NCBI GenBank assembly: GCA_004764695.1
Contig: SMSO01000036.1
Span: 868,001-932,000, forward strand
Source of the DNA: Schizochytrium sp. TIO01
Lineage: Eukaryota > Protista > Bigyra: Labyrinthulomycetes
Direction: 5' to 3'
DNA: 64,000 nucleotides
In this document: one piece after another, positions 12,342-21,159 of the stretch
Numbering within the stretch: the stretch's first letter is position 1
How the letters are laid out: every line of letters starts with the position of its first letter
Notes under the pieces: model-generated
What the model was told of the DNA's origin: nothing
Databases searched by the model: none
What the model saw: only the letters and a program-made list of their open reading frames with translations
Program-made: the position numbers and the translations under genes

Positions 12342-12418
12342 GGGCTATAAAAAGGCGTGACTAATAACCACTCGTCAGTACCAAGTATACCCCGGTCCCC
12401 GGTATGAATTATCCCTCG
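12342..12418 (+). repeat. Dispersed ~78-bp repeat, copy 2 (inverted relative to 7993-8071)
   Basis: GGGCTATAAAAAGGCGTGACTAATAACCACTCGTCAGTACCAAGTATACCCCGGTCCC. A short GGGCTATAAAAG look-alike also occurs at ~16707. Confidence 0.7.
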
Positions 12419-12689
12419 AAAAGTGCAGAAAGTGTCTTTAATTCATTTCAAGCATCTTGCCTTCGTCTAGTCAGTTTAGTTAGAGCGCTACATTCAGGAG
12501 TAAACATGAGCTATTTGCTATTTCTTTTATAAAGCTTTTTACTTGCACTCCCGGCTATTGTCCCCATCCTCCTTCATTATCCTCTAGCTTGATAGACTTT
12601 AACAACTCTCAACACAAGTAAGCTGCAGCTGAGCAAGATTCCTACATTACCTCACATCTCAATTAGTCTTATTTTCGATCTGATATCCG

Positions 12690-14250
12690 CATTCTTACTG
12701 AAAGAATCTTCTGGTCAGCTTGAAGTTGACTATACAGATGAAGGCAAGGATCTTGATGAAGGCTTTACGAAGGTTGATTTAAGAGTTAACAAACTGCTAC
12801 CCTGGAGAATAAATTCCAACATATGGATTCGTGTAGTAATTAAGAAGGTTAAGACATTCTTGAAAGGTGTTAGAGACAATCGATGAGGTTAGGTTAATTC
12901 AACCTCTTCAACCATCAAGTCTAGTTTCATCATACTTGGATCTAGGTAATGTGTAGTCACACTTCTGGTTCTTGACTTTATCAGCCAAGAAAGTCTGATT
13001 GCCTAGTTCTGACCTATTGTAAGCCCTTTTTCTACGAGGTCTTTACAAAGGGACGCCAAGGCTAGCAAAGTCTTATTCACTAATTCCTTCGATTTGAGAT
13101 CTTAGCACAATCGCACGTGAATGATGATTATATTTGTTCTATGAAACTTGTACAATATTTAACCAATTCGTTTTCCAGAGCTATATCCCCATTTATTCGC
13201 CTTCAGACAATACCCTCGATATCACCTTCCTAGTCAACCTCGTGGACAACAAGCATAGACTCTAAGTACAACCGTAAGCTCTTATTATAAACTCGTTCGG
13301 TCTGATACGTTTTTGAGGAGAGTGCTCATAAGAAGTCAACTGTTGTGATCTAGCTATGGCTTGACTAAAAGGATAAAATGTCACGCTTTGGTGTTTGTTT
13401 CGATCAAGTTTCATAGAAGTTTAATATTAGAAGTTTACAAGCCGATGGCACCTAGAATTGAAGGTAATGAACCACCTAACGAACTAAAGTAAGTACTAGG
13501 TTGTAACAGACTTCAAATCAGAATTAAAAAAGATAAGGTGTATAGTGAGCGAAAATCTTTCAACATAACCTGGGAGTCATTGTAGGCATTCGGTCTACTA
13601 CAAAATACATTCCCTTAAGTGTTGAAAGTCGTAGTTTGTTATCGTCGTGAAAACTTTCGGGATCATGCAAGGTATGTTGATCATGTATAGAACAAGCTCT
13701 CTAAAACTACTCCTTAGAGCGTAGTATAAAAGCTTCCCTCCCATAGTCAATCTTTCTCGACGCAGTTACCTTGTTTTCTCCCGTCACCATTGGCTCAACT
13801 TTGAGTTTCATATAGTAAAATATGTTTTAGTTTCTATCTTCTGAGATGTCCAATAGGAGGAGCAAATGGACACTTCTAGGCCTTTCGTTGCAAGACCTAA
13901 AGTATTAAAGACTTACAAAATTACAGAACTAGACGATCAGACTTGCGTGGTTGAGAGGCCATGAAGCAAAATTATGCGTACATATTTGCTTCTAGAACTA
14001 TGGTGGCATCTGAATCGATAATTGTAGAGACGAGTAAAGCTTGTCAAATGTGTCTAGCGTAGATCGAGTATGTTCTGGTATCCCGATTATAACATGAACA
14101 GGCCTACCTTGGGACCCGATACTAACAATGACATATCGCTAACTCTTTTAAGCCATGGGTTGCCATTCTCTCTTGAGCCTTCATCAAACTTCGTAACTCT
14201 ATTTTCAGAATTAACCTCTAGCTGACCAGATTCATCTCTCAGTATCCTTC
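12690..14250. mobile_element. Two oppositely oriented decayed copies of one unknown TE coding segment (12690-12850 +, 14100-14250 -)
   Basis: LKESSGQLEVDY..DLDEG (+) versus LRDESGQLEVNS..KFDEG (-); shared nucleotides TCTGGTCAGCT.GA.GTT.A and TTGATGAAGGCT. Family not identifiable. Confidence 0.4.
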
Positions 14251-15079
14251 ATCCTATTATATTATAAGCTCTAGCTTTTAGGCGAAGATAGCAATTCCAT
14301 AATGTAAATTATTCTAAAATTATCGATGCGACACATGTGAGCTTAGTTTAGCTGAGTTTTTCATGTGGTAAGTAAAGAAATGTGGTTCTGTTTGCTTAGA
14401 GGGTTTTGAGTAAATATCTTAGGTTCCTGTGTTAGTCAGTTTATGCCAGGGCGTAATTGCTTATCTTGGTCTTAGGTTTTCTGTATTTGGTAAGTTGGTA
14501 GATTCGGGTCTGCTTTCGCATTGTCTTGCAACGCTCATCCTGTAGCTTAGTTCGTTCCCTTACTCCTCGGACGTATTCTTATGTCGGCGCAATCCCGAGC
14601 TGCTGTATCCATATGGCAATGCTTGTAACTATATAACTATGACTATTCCTGCCTCCGTCACAAACGCGCTCCTCTTAGCCTTACAAAGTCATGGTCTGGT
14701 ACTCTTTCCATTTTCGTATTCAGCAATAAGACGAAAATATAAGGATACAATGACCCACAAACACACCAAATATAATGTTAGTTCATCAATTACTGAGTAA
14801 AGGTTCAAGTTCAATCAGCGAATAACTGTGATAGACTGTGGCGACGCCTTCCCGTCAATGTATAGTATGTTCAGGCCTTTTGTGGCAGGCGGAGAGCTGT
14901 ATTCGTGTTAAAGTCAGCAGCATTCAAGAGCTTTGGTACAAGAGATGTTATCCTTAGAACAATGTTGAAATATGGAGCGAAGATATAGGATTAACAATAT
15001 CAGGCCCGAGACACTGCGTCGTAAGGAGACATGGAAGTTATTAAAAGCACAAGTTATGGTTCTATGGGTTAGTGATAGA

Positions 15080-16360
15080 TTGTGCTGATATTATCAATCA
15101 AAGCGTGATGTGAACAAGATCCGAACACGTCATAACCAGACTCCTTGACCCTATATGAGAAGTAATCATCTATCAATGCTTGTATATGATAAGAGTTTGG
15201 CTATCAGATACAAATGTGCGTGACCAAGAGGTCTAAAGAGATGAAAATGGACTGTATAATGAAGTGAATAGGCAAGCGCAAGATATAATTAGTAGTTGAG
15301 GAAACCAGTTAATCTAACCTCGTCAGGTATGTGTAATACATATCAAGTCTGCCTTTGCCTATAATTAAAATATCATCTAGTTCACCTTAGTATTTATCTC
15401 CAAGGCTAGCACATCGCTAACACTATAAGCTTGTAGATGCAATGCCTTCATAAGTATAACCACGCATTCTAAGCATTTGCTTTCCTCATCCGAGTTAGCT
15501 TTCGGGTCACTACATAGAATCGATTGTAGGAAAGTCTGGGTATGCTTGAACAAAAAAGAAAAAGTGACGAAAGTCATGATTCATCACAGTACAAGGCAGA
15601 GCCTACGTTTGGCCTTATTTTCATTGGAGCATCATAATTGCTGCCCATGCTCAGATTGTCTGCTGATTAGGAGAGGACAAAGTGCTTGTGATGTCCAGTA
15701 AATCGTGCAAACTGTTTGTCACGCTGATGTACCCATTATTCATCCTTATAATGAATTATTATTTTCTGTACAAAGTTTCGCCTTTGGGAAAGATTTTGAT
15801 GAGTATTTAGTATACTGCAATCTTTTCAAGGCCAAATGATTCAAAGAATGCAACCCTTTGCATTGTCCCTAAAGGAAGATGAGTGTAACCAGAGAGAGGT
15901 AGACGATGTCACATTACTCATGCTTTTGTATAAATAAGTGCATCTTCAGTTCTTGGTGGCTTGGTTTCTCCATCACGTATATACTTATCTGCTTCTAATT
16001 CTATGCACATTGTTGTGCTTCACAACGATACATCGAGAGATTTAGCAATATATTTTCCGCATCTTCCTTCATCAGAAATCTCAGCAATTTTAGCAACAAG
16101 AGCAGGCCACACAGCATCCTTTTCGAGAAAGATAGGCATAGACAATGGTATGAGAGTAACAGCAGTGCTAAAAATAAAATCTCAATATGCGATAGGCATT
16201 CTTATAGTCCGGGTCGGAAAAACTATGCTTCGTATATAATAAAACTTTAAAGATGAGAAGAGCTCACTTTCAACATTTCATAGAGGTTGATCGCTTTGTT
16301 TAATCTTTGTTGATATAAAGTCAAAATATGTCTCGTAAAGGGGAACTCATCGTTGAAGCT
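15080..16360 (-). mobile_element. Decayed non-LTR (LINE-like) retrotransposon RT
   Basis: Non-LTR RT motifs appear in the correct order on the minus strand: EA*FFRPG (QxGFRPG, ~16230), YIAKSLDV (DxxKAFD, ~16045), GTMQ (GxxQG, ~15865) and QFA[D]DLL (YADD, ~15705, frameshifted). Confidence 0.7.
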
Positions 16361-17099
16361 AACTCATACACATTGCACTTGAAGTCGAGCACCTTAAAAC
16401 ATGTCCTTTCCTGAACCTTTTGCACAGCATTAAAACTGACTTAGAGTCCATAAAAATGAATTTTGAATTGTTTATTGGTGCTCGTCTCATCTTCTTCATC
16501 ATCCAAAAGAAGAGACTTGTATACCATGCATGTCTAATTTTGACTAACCTAGAAACTAAAAAAAGAGGATACACTGGTAGGTGGGTACCAGTAGCAGGTA
16601 GATACTAGGTAGCACCAGCATTCTCACTTTTGACTGTTTTGGCTTCAAGTTGAAACTTTATACGCTAAGGTTTTGACTTATTACCTCTGACAAGTGATAG
16701 TGGTGAGGGCTATAAAAGATGCCCAGATATCTAGACAGTGTACTTAAAAAATGCATAGGGGATTAATTATTTATACTATCATCTGACAAACTCAAAAGAA
16801 ATGTAGGCCTATCTAGGTCCTAGGTCCTAGGTCCTAAGTCCTAAGTTCTAGGAGATAAGTTGGGCTTGTTGCCTAAACTCCAGGTTGGCATTAAAGTTTA
16901 ACATAAATAAATACTAAGTGCTGCCGTTGCAAGAAGCAATCAACTTCAGAGCAGTAAATAGAGATGCGAACAGAGCTGCAAAGTTCAAGCCCGATGAAGT
17001 GATGAGGCATCAATCGGGGCGGAGGTGGGCAAATGAGAGCGATAGATGATCATGGGTTAGGGGTCTCTGGGTAGGCGGTATGGTAGTGCTCTGTGTGTT

Positions 17100-17560
17100 T
17101 GCCTTGACATAGCTGCTTTGTCGGATGGAAAAGACACCTTGGTAAACTTTCCGCTGATCAACACTGCTGAAGTATTGAAGTCACTTCTTGCTCAAGGTAT
17201 TACTTTCTTAAAGTCGGATGCAGAGTTAATTTCTGCTCCTTGTATATCAACAAATCGAGGCTGTACTGCAGAAAGAGGAGTGTTGCGAGTCATTATGATG
17301 TTTGTGCGCCTCCCTCTGTTTAATGCAGGCCTTCTGAGTTGCTGCCGGTGATAAATCTTATATTTTGCTGCACTTATGCACGTAGGACAATCTCTTCAGA
17401 AGAAATCGAAGCTTCTGTTGAATTGTTTGGAGTAAACATTCATTTGCTTCCAAAACATCATTTAGATCCTAGTATGTTCGCATGAGCAAAGTCTTCGAGT
17501 TAACCTAAATCATGCTGACGTTGAAAACATGAGATGGATTAAATGCACTCAATGGCTTCT
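17100..17560 (-). mobile_element. Possible gypsy-like integrase remnant
   Basis: HANI...RDCPTC (HHCC-like, similar to the HCNI...DC at ~3500) followed by VDIQGAE; heavily decayed. Confidence 0.3.
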
Positions 17561-17903
17561 GTAGTATTGTTTGAAAGTACGTTTAATCACATCCAAGTTC
17601 TTATACCTGAAATACAATGATTCACACAGGCCTTTTCTAGCTTTTCATCTTGAAAATAGAATAGTTGCTCAGAGGTACACCTTATGACTCTGTATCACGT
17701 CATACATTTTGTCGAAAAAATCTAGTTATAAGGGGATGGTTGGTGCAAGCTTTTAAAGAAGGACAGTTTAAGAAAGTCATACATAAGCGCGGTACTGGGC
17801 TCCAATTTTCTTCATCATAGTATGATAGATGATTTGCAGGGTGTCCAACTCAGATACACCACGGGAAATAGGAGATCAAAGCTCTAATATCCTTTCGTAG
17901 GAG

Positions 17904-17973
17904 TCCCGGTTAGCTCAGCGGTAGAGCGTTTGACTCTTAATCAAATGGTCGAGTTCGTTCCCCTTTTTGAGAA
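17904..17973 (+). pseudogene. Degenerate tRNA-Lys(CUU), first unit of the array
   Basis: 5' half identical to the other copies; T-arm (GAGTTCGTTCCCCT) and 3' acceptor strand (TTTTGAGA) are damaged. Confidence 0.85.
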
Positions 17974-18109
17974 CATCTTTTTAAAGATGTTATGCAATAT
18001 ATTTTTTCCATACCAGAAGAAAGTGGATAGTACTACATAAATTCCGCGTTTCCAGGCTGGACTATTATGGGAAATAGGAGCATCGAAGCTCTATCGTCCT
18101 TCTTAGGAA

Positions 18110-18181
18110 TCCCGGTTAGCTCAGCGGTAGAGCGTTTGACTCTTAATCAAATGGTCGAGGGTTCGATCCCCTCATTGGGAA
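18110..18181 (+). tRNA. tRNA-Lys(CUU)
   Basis: Cloverleaf: TCCCGGT/ATTGGGA acceptor, GCTC/GAGC D-stem, TTTGA-CTCTTAA-TCAAA anticodon arm, GAGGG-TTCGATC-CCCTC T-arm. Confidence 0.96.
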
Positions 18182-18313
18182 ATCTCTTTTTTGGCTTTAT
18201 CTATATTTTTTTTGTTAAAGAAAAAAATGGATAGTAGTACAAAAGTTCCACTTCAGTTGTACATCGATCATGGGAAATAGGAACGTCGAAGCTCCGTTGT
18301 CCTTTCATAGGAA

Positions 18314-18385
18314 TCCCGGTTAGCTCAGCGGTAGAGCGTTTGACTCTTAATCAAATGGTCGAGGGTTCGATCCCCTCATTGGGAA
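18314..18385 (+). tRNA. tRNA-Lys(CUU)
   Basis: Identical 72-nt cloverleaf followed by oligo-T. Confidence 0.96.
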
Positions 18386-18522
18386 ATCTCCTTTTTGGCT
18401 TTGCTTCTATTTTTTTAATTGAAGAAAAGGAAAATAGATAGTAGTATATAAATTCCGGCTGACCTTGAAAGAAATGTCATGGGAATTAGGAGCATCGAAG
18501 CTCTATCGTCCTTTCATAGGAA

Positions 18523-18594
18523 TCCCGGTTAGCTCAGCGGTAGAGCGTTTGACTCTTAATCAAATGGTCGAGGGTTCGATCCCCTCATTGGGAA
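18523..18594 (+). tRNA. tRNA-Lys(CUU)
   Basis: Identical 72-nt cloverleaf followed by oligo-T. Confidence 0.96.
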
Positions 18595-18731
18595 ATCTCC
18601 TTTTTGGCTTTGCTTATATGTTTTTTATTGAAGAAAAGGAAAAGGGATAGTAGTATATAAATTCCAGCCGACCTTTTGGACAACATCATGGGAAATAGGA
18701 GCATCAAAGCTCTGTTGTCCTTTCTTAGGAA

Positions 18732-18803
18732 TCCCGGTTAGCTCAGCGGTAGAGCGTTTGACTCTTAATCAAATGGTCGAGGGTTCGATCCCCTCATTGG
18801 GAA
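18732..18803 (+). tRNA. tRNA-Lys(CUU)
   Basis: Identical 72-nt cloverleaf followed by oligo-T. Confidence 0.96.
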
Positions 18804-18935
18804 ATCTCTTTTTTGGCTTTATCTATATTTTTTTTGTTAAAGAAAAAAATGGATAGTAGTACAAAAGTTCCACTTCAGTTGTACATCGATCATGGGAAAT
18901 AGGAACGTCGAAGCTCCGTTGTCCTTTCATAGGAA

Positions 18936-19007
18936 TCCCGGTTAGCTCAGCGGTAGAGCGTTTGACTCTTAATCAAATGGTCGAGGGTTCGATCCCCTCA
19001 TTGGGAA
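18936..19007 (+). tRNA. tRNA-Lys(CUU)
   Basis: Identical 72-nt cloverleaf followed by oligo-T. Confidence 0.96.
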
Positions 19008-19144
19008 ATCTCCTTTTTGGCTTTGCTTCTATTTTTTTAATTGAAGAAAAGGAAAATAGATAGTAGTATATAAATTCCGGCTGACCTTGAAAGAAATGTC
19101 ATGGGAATTAGGAGCATCGAAGCTCTATCGTCCTTTCATAGGAA

Positions 19145-19216
19145 TCCCGGTTAGCTCAGCGGTAGAGCGTTTGACTCTTAATCAAATGGTCGAGGGTTCG
19201 ATCCCCTCATTGGGAA
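19145..19216 (+). tRNA. tRNA-Lys(CUU)
   Basis: Identical 72-nt cloverleaf followed by oligo-T. Confidence 0.96.
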
Positions 19217-19352
19217 ATCTCCTTTTTGGCTTTGCTTATATGTTTTTTATTGAAGAAAAGGAAAATGGATAGTAGTATATAAATTCCAGCTGACCTTGTG
19301 ACAACATCATGGGAAATAGGAGCATCAAAGCTCTATCGTCCTTTCTTAGGTA

Positions 19353-19424
19353 TCCCGGTTAGCTCAGCGGTAGAGCGTTTGACTCTTAATCAAATGGTCG
19401 AGGGTTCGATCCCCTCATTGGGAA
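19353..19424 (+). tRNA. tRNA-Lys(CUU)
   Basis: Identical 72-nt cloverleaf followed by oligo-T. Confidence 0.96.
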
Positions 19425-19560
19425 ATCTCTTTTTTTCTTGGCTTTGTCTATACTTTTTTATTGAAAAAATGAATCGATAGTACTACAAAATTTCCACCGC
19501 AATTTTGCAGCCAGTTATGGGAAATAGGAGCATCGAAGCTCTGTTGTCCTTTCATAGGAA

Positions 19561-19632
19561 TCCCGGTTAGCTCAGCGGTAGAGCGTTTGACTCTTAATCA
19601 AATGGTCGAGGGTTCGATCCCCTCATTGGGAA
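19561..19632 (+). tRNA. tRNA-Lys(CUU)
   Basis: Identical 72-nt cloverleaf followed by oligo-T. Confidence 0.96.
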
Positions 19633-19769
19633 GTTTCCTTTTTGGCTTTGTCTATATTTTTTTAAATTGAAGAAAAAGAAAATAGATGGTAGTACAAAAA
19701 TCCCTCCACAGTCTCAGCTTACATCATGGGAAATAGGAGCATCGAAGCTCTGTTGTCCTTTCTTAGGAA

Positions 19770-19841
19770 TCCCGGTTAGCTCAGCGGTAGAGCGTTTGAC
19801 TCTTAATCAAATGGTCGAGGGTTCGATCCCCTCATTGGGAA
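19770..19841 (+). tRNA. tRNA-Lys(CUU)
   Basis: Identical 72-nt cloverleaf followed by oligo-T. Confidence 0.96.
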
Positions 19842-19978
19842 ATCTCCTTTTTGGCTTTGCTTATATTTTTTTAATTAAAGAAAAGAAAATTGGATAGTAG
19901 TATATAAATTCCAGATGAATCTCGCAGAGACATCATGGGAAACAGGAGCGTCGAAGCTCTGTCGTCCTTTCATAGGAA

Positions 19979-20050
19979 TCCCGGTTAGCTCAGCGGTAGA
20001 GCGTTTGACTCTTAATCAAATGGTCGAGGGTTCGATCCCCTCATTGGGAA
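19979..20050 (+). tRNA. tRNA-Lys(CUU)
   Basis: Identical 72-nt cloverleaf followed by oligo-T. Confidence 0.96.
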
Positions 20051-20187
20051 ATCTTCTTTTTGGCTTTGCTTATATTTTTTTAATTAAAGAAAAGAAAATT
20101 GGATAGTAGTATATAAATTCCAGATGAATTTCGGGAAAACATCATGGGAAATAGGAGCATCAAAGCTCTGTTGTCCTTTCTTAGGAA

Positions 20188-20259
20188 TCCCGGTTAGCTC
20201 AGCGGTAGAGCGTTTGACTCTTAATCAAATGGTCGAGGGTTCGATCCCCTCATTGGGAA
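20188..20259 (+). tRNA. tRNA-Lys(CUU)
   Basis: Identical 72-nt cloverleaf followed by oligo-T. Confidence 0.96.
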
Positions 20260-20396
20260 GTTTCCTTTTTGGCTTTGTCTATATTTTTTTAAATTGAAGA
20301 AAAAGAAAATAGATGGTAGTACAAAAATCCCTCCACAGTCTCAGCTTACATCATGGGAAATAGGAGCATCGAAGCTCTGTTGTCCTTTCTTAGGAA

Positions 20397-20468
20397 TCCC
20401 GGTTAGCTCAGCGGTAGAGCGTTTGACTCTTAATCAAATGGTCGAGGGTTCGATCCCCTCATTGGGAA
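20397..20468 (+). tRNA. tRNA-Lys(CUU)
   Basis: Identical 72-nt cloverleaf followed by oligo-T. Confidence 0.96.
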
Positions 20469-20605
20469 ATCTCCTTTTTGGCTTTGCTTATATTTTTTCA
20501 ATTAAAGAAAAGAAAATTGGATAGTAGTATATAAATTCCAGATGAATTTCGAGAAAACGTCATGGGAAATTGGAGCATCGAAGCTCTGTTGTCCTTTCTT
20601 AGGAA

Positions 20606-20677
20606 TCCCGGTTAGCTCAGCGGTAGAGCGTTTGACTCTTAATCAAATGGTCGAGGGTTCGATCCCCTCATTGGGAA
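20606..20677 (+). tRNA. tRNA-Lys(CUU)
   Basis: Identical 72-nt cloverleaf followed by oligo-T. Confidence 0.96.
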
Positions 20678-21159
20678 GTTTCCTTTTTGGCTTTGTTAAT
20701 TTTCAATATTGAATTAAATTATAGTGCTTTCAAGTCTTGCGTTGATAACTTTATTCCAAGGCTCAAGAAATGATATGATTACAGCAAAGAAGAGTATACT
20801 AGGGCTTTTGCTGGATGTCAAGAGATATTCCAGATGCAAACCGGGTTTGGTTCATGCTCCCGTTTATAACTTCATCCAGGTTAACTTTATGGCAGTGCAT
20901 TCGATTTGCAAAAGGTAAAATTGTATCGAATTGTTTCTCAAATGCATACTCTTTTGAAGTGAGAAGTGATGATCTAGCTTCCGATTTCTGAGTAGTACTC
21001 AACAGAAAACAAAAGAACATAGTAAACCTATCTACAAAACAAAGAAAGCATTTGCAAAATTGAGCAGAAAAGAGTTATTTTTAGTTATTAGTAAATAAGA
21101 AGTCAAGCCAAACATCACACGAGCATTCAGAAAAAGAAAAAAAATCATTCCATAAGCCT

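Larger units (their letters stand above)
18025..20595 (+). ncRNA. Candidate tRNA-like structured element (~77 nt, e.g. 20101-20177) repeated ~10 nt upstream of each tRNA-Lys (13 copies)
   Basis: Folded by eye: GGATAG pairs with TTGTCC, TTCC-variable dyad-GGAA, and TAG(G)AGC-ATCRAA-GCTCTR, with T-A/T-G/C-G variation between copies at one pair. No expression evidence. Confidence 0.45.
17862..20696 (+). repeat. Tandem tRNA-Lys array, 14 units of 204-209 bp, with higher-order triplets
   Basis: tRNA starts at 17904, 18110, 18314, 18523, 18732, 18936, 19145, 19353, 19561, 19770, 19979, 20188, 20397 and 20606. Each intact gene is followed within ~6 nt by a T5-T7 Pol III terminator. Confidence 0.97.

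Noticed and set aside
7993-12418. Single 4.4-kb TIR transposon bounded by the inverted 78-bp repeats
   Set aside because: No transposase or TSD is seen, the interior is unrelated retroelement debris, and the sharp GGG ends face inward, which better fits two independent copies.
16360-17860. TRE5-like LINE inserted directly ~50 bp upstream of the first tRNA
   Set aside because: Recognisable LINE motifs stop near 16.4 kb and the intervening DNA looks like a different, integrase-like remnant, so direct adjacency is unsupported.
20101-20177. Hammerhead or HDV-like ribozyme, or purine riboswitch, for the upstream three-way junction
   Set aside because: No CUGANGA/GAAA core in the right junction positions on either strand, no HDV nested pseudoknot order, and no purine-aptamer junction sequence visible.
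18465-20524. Repeated 60-76-aa ORFs (…GIPVSSAVERLTLNQMVEGSIPSLGN…)
   Set aside because: They are translations of the tRNA genes; starts are inconsistent and frames are not preserved in all units.
17862-20696. CRISPR array interpretation of the repeat/variable-spacer pattern
   Set aside because: The repeat is a tRNA gene plus flanks of ~190 bp, each unit has its own Pol III terminator, spacers recur by block duplication, there are no cas-like genes, and the context is eukaryotic.
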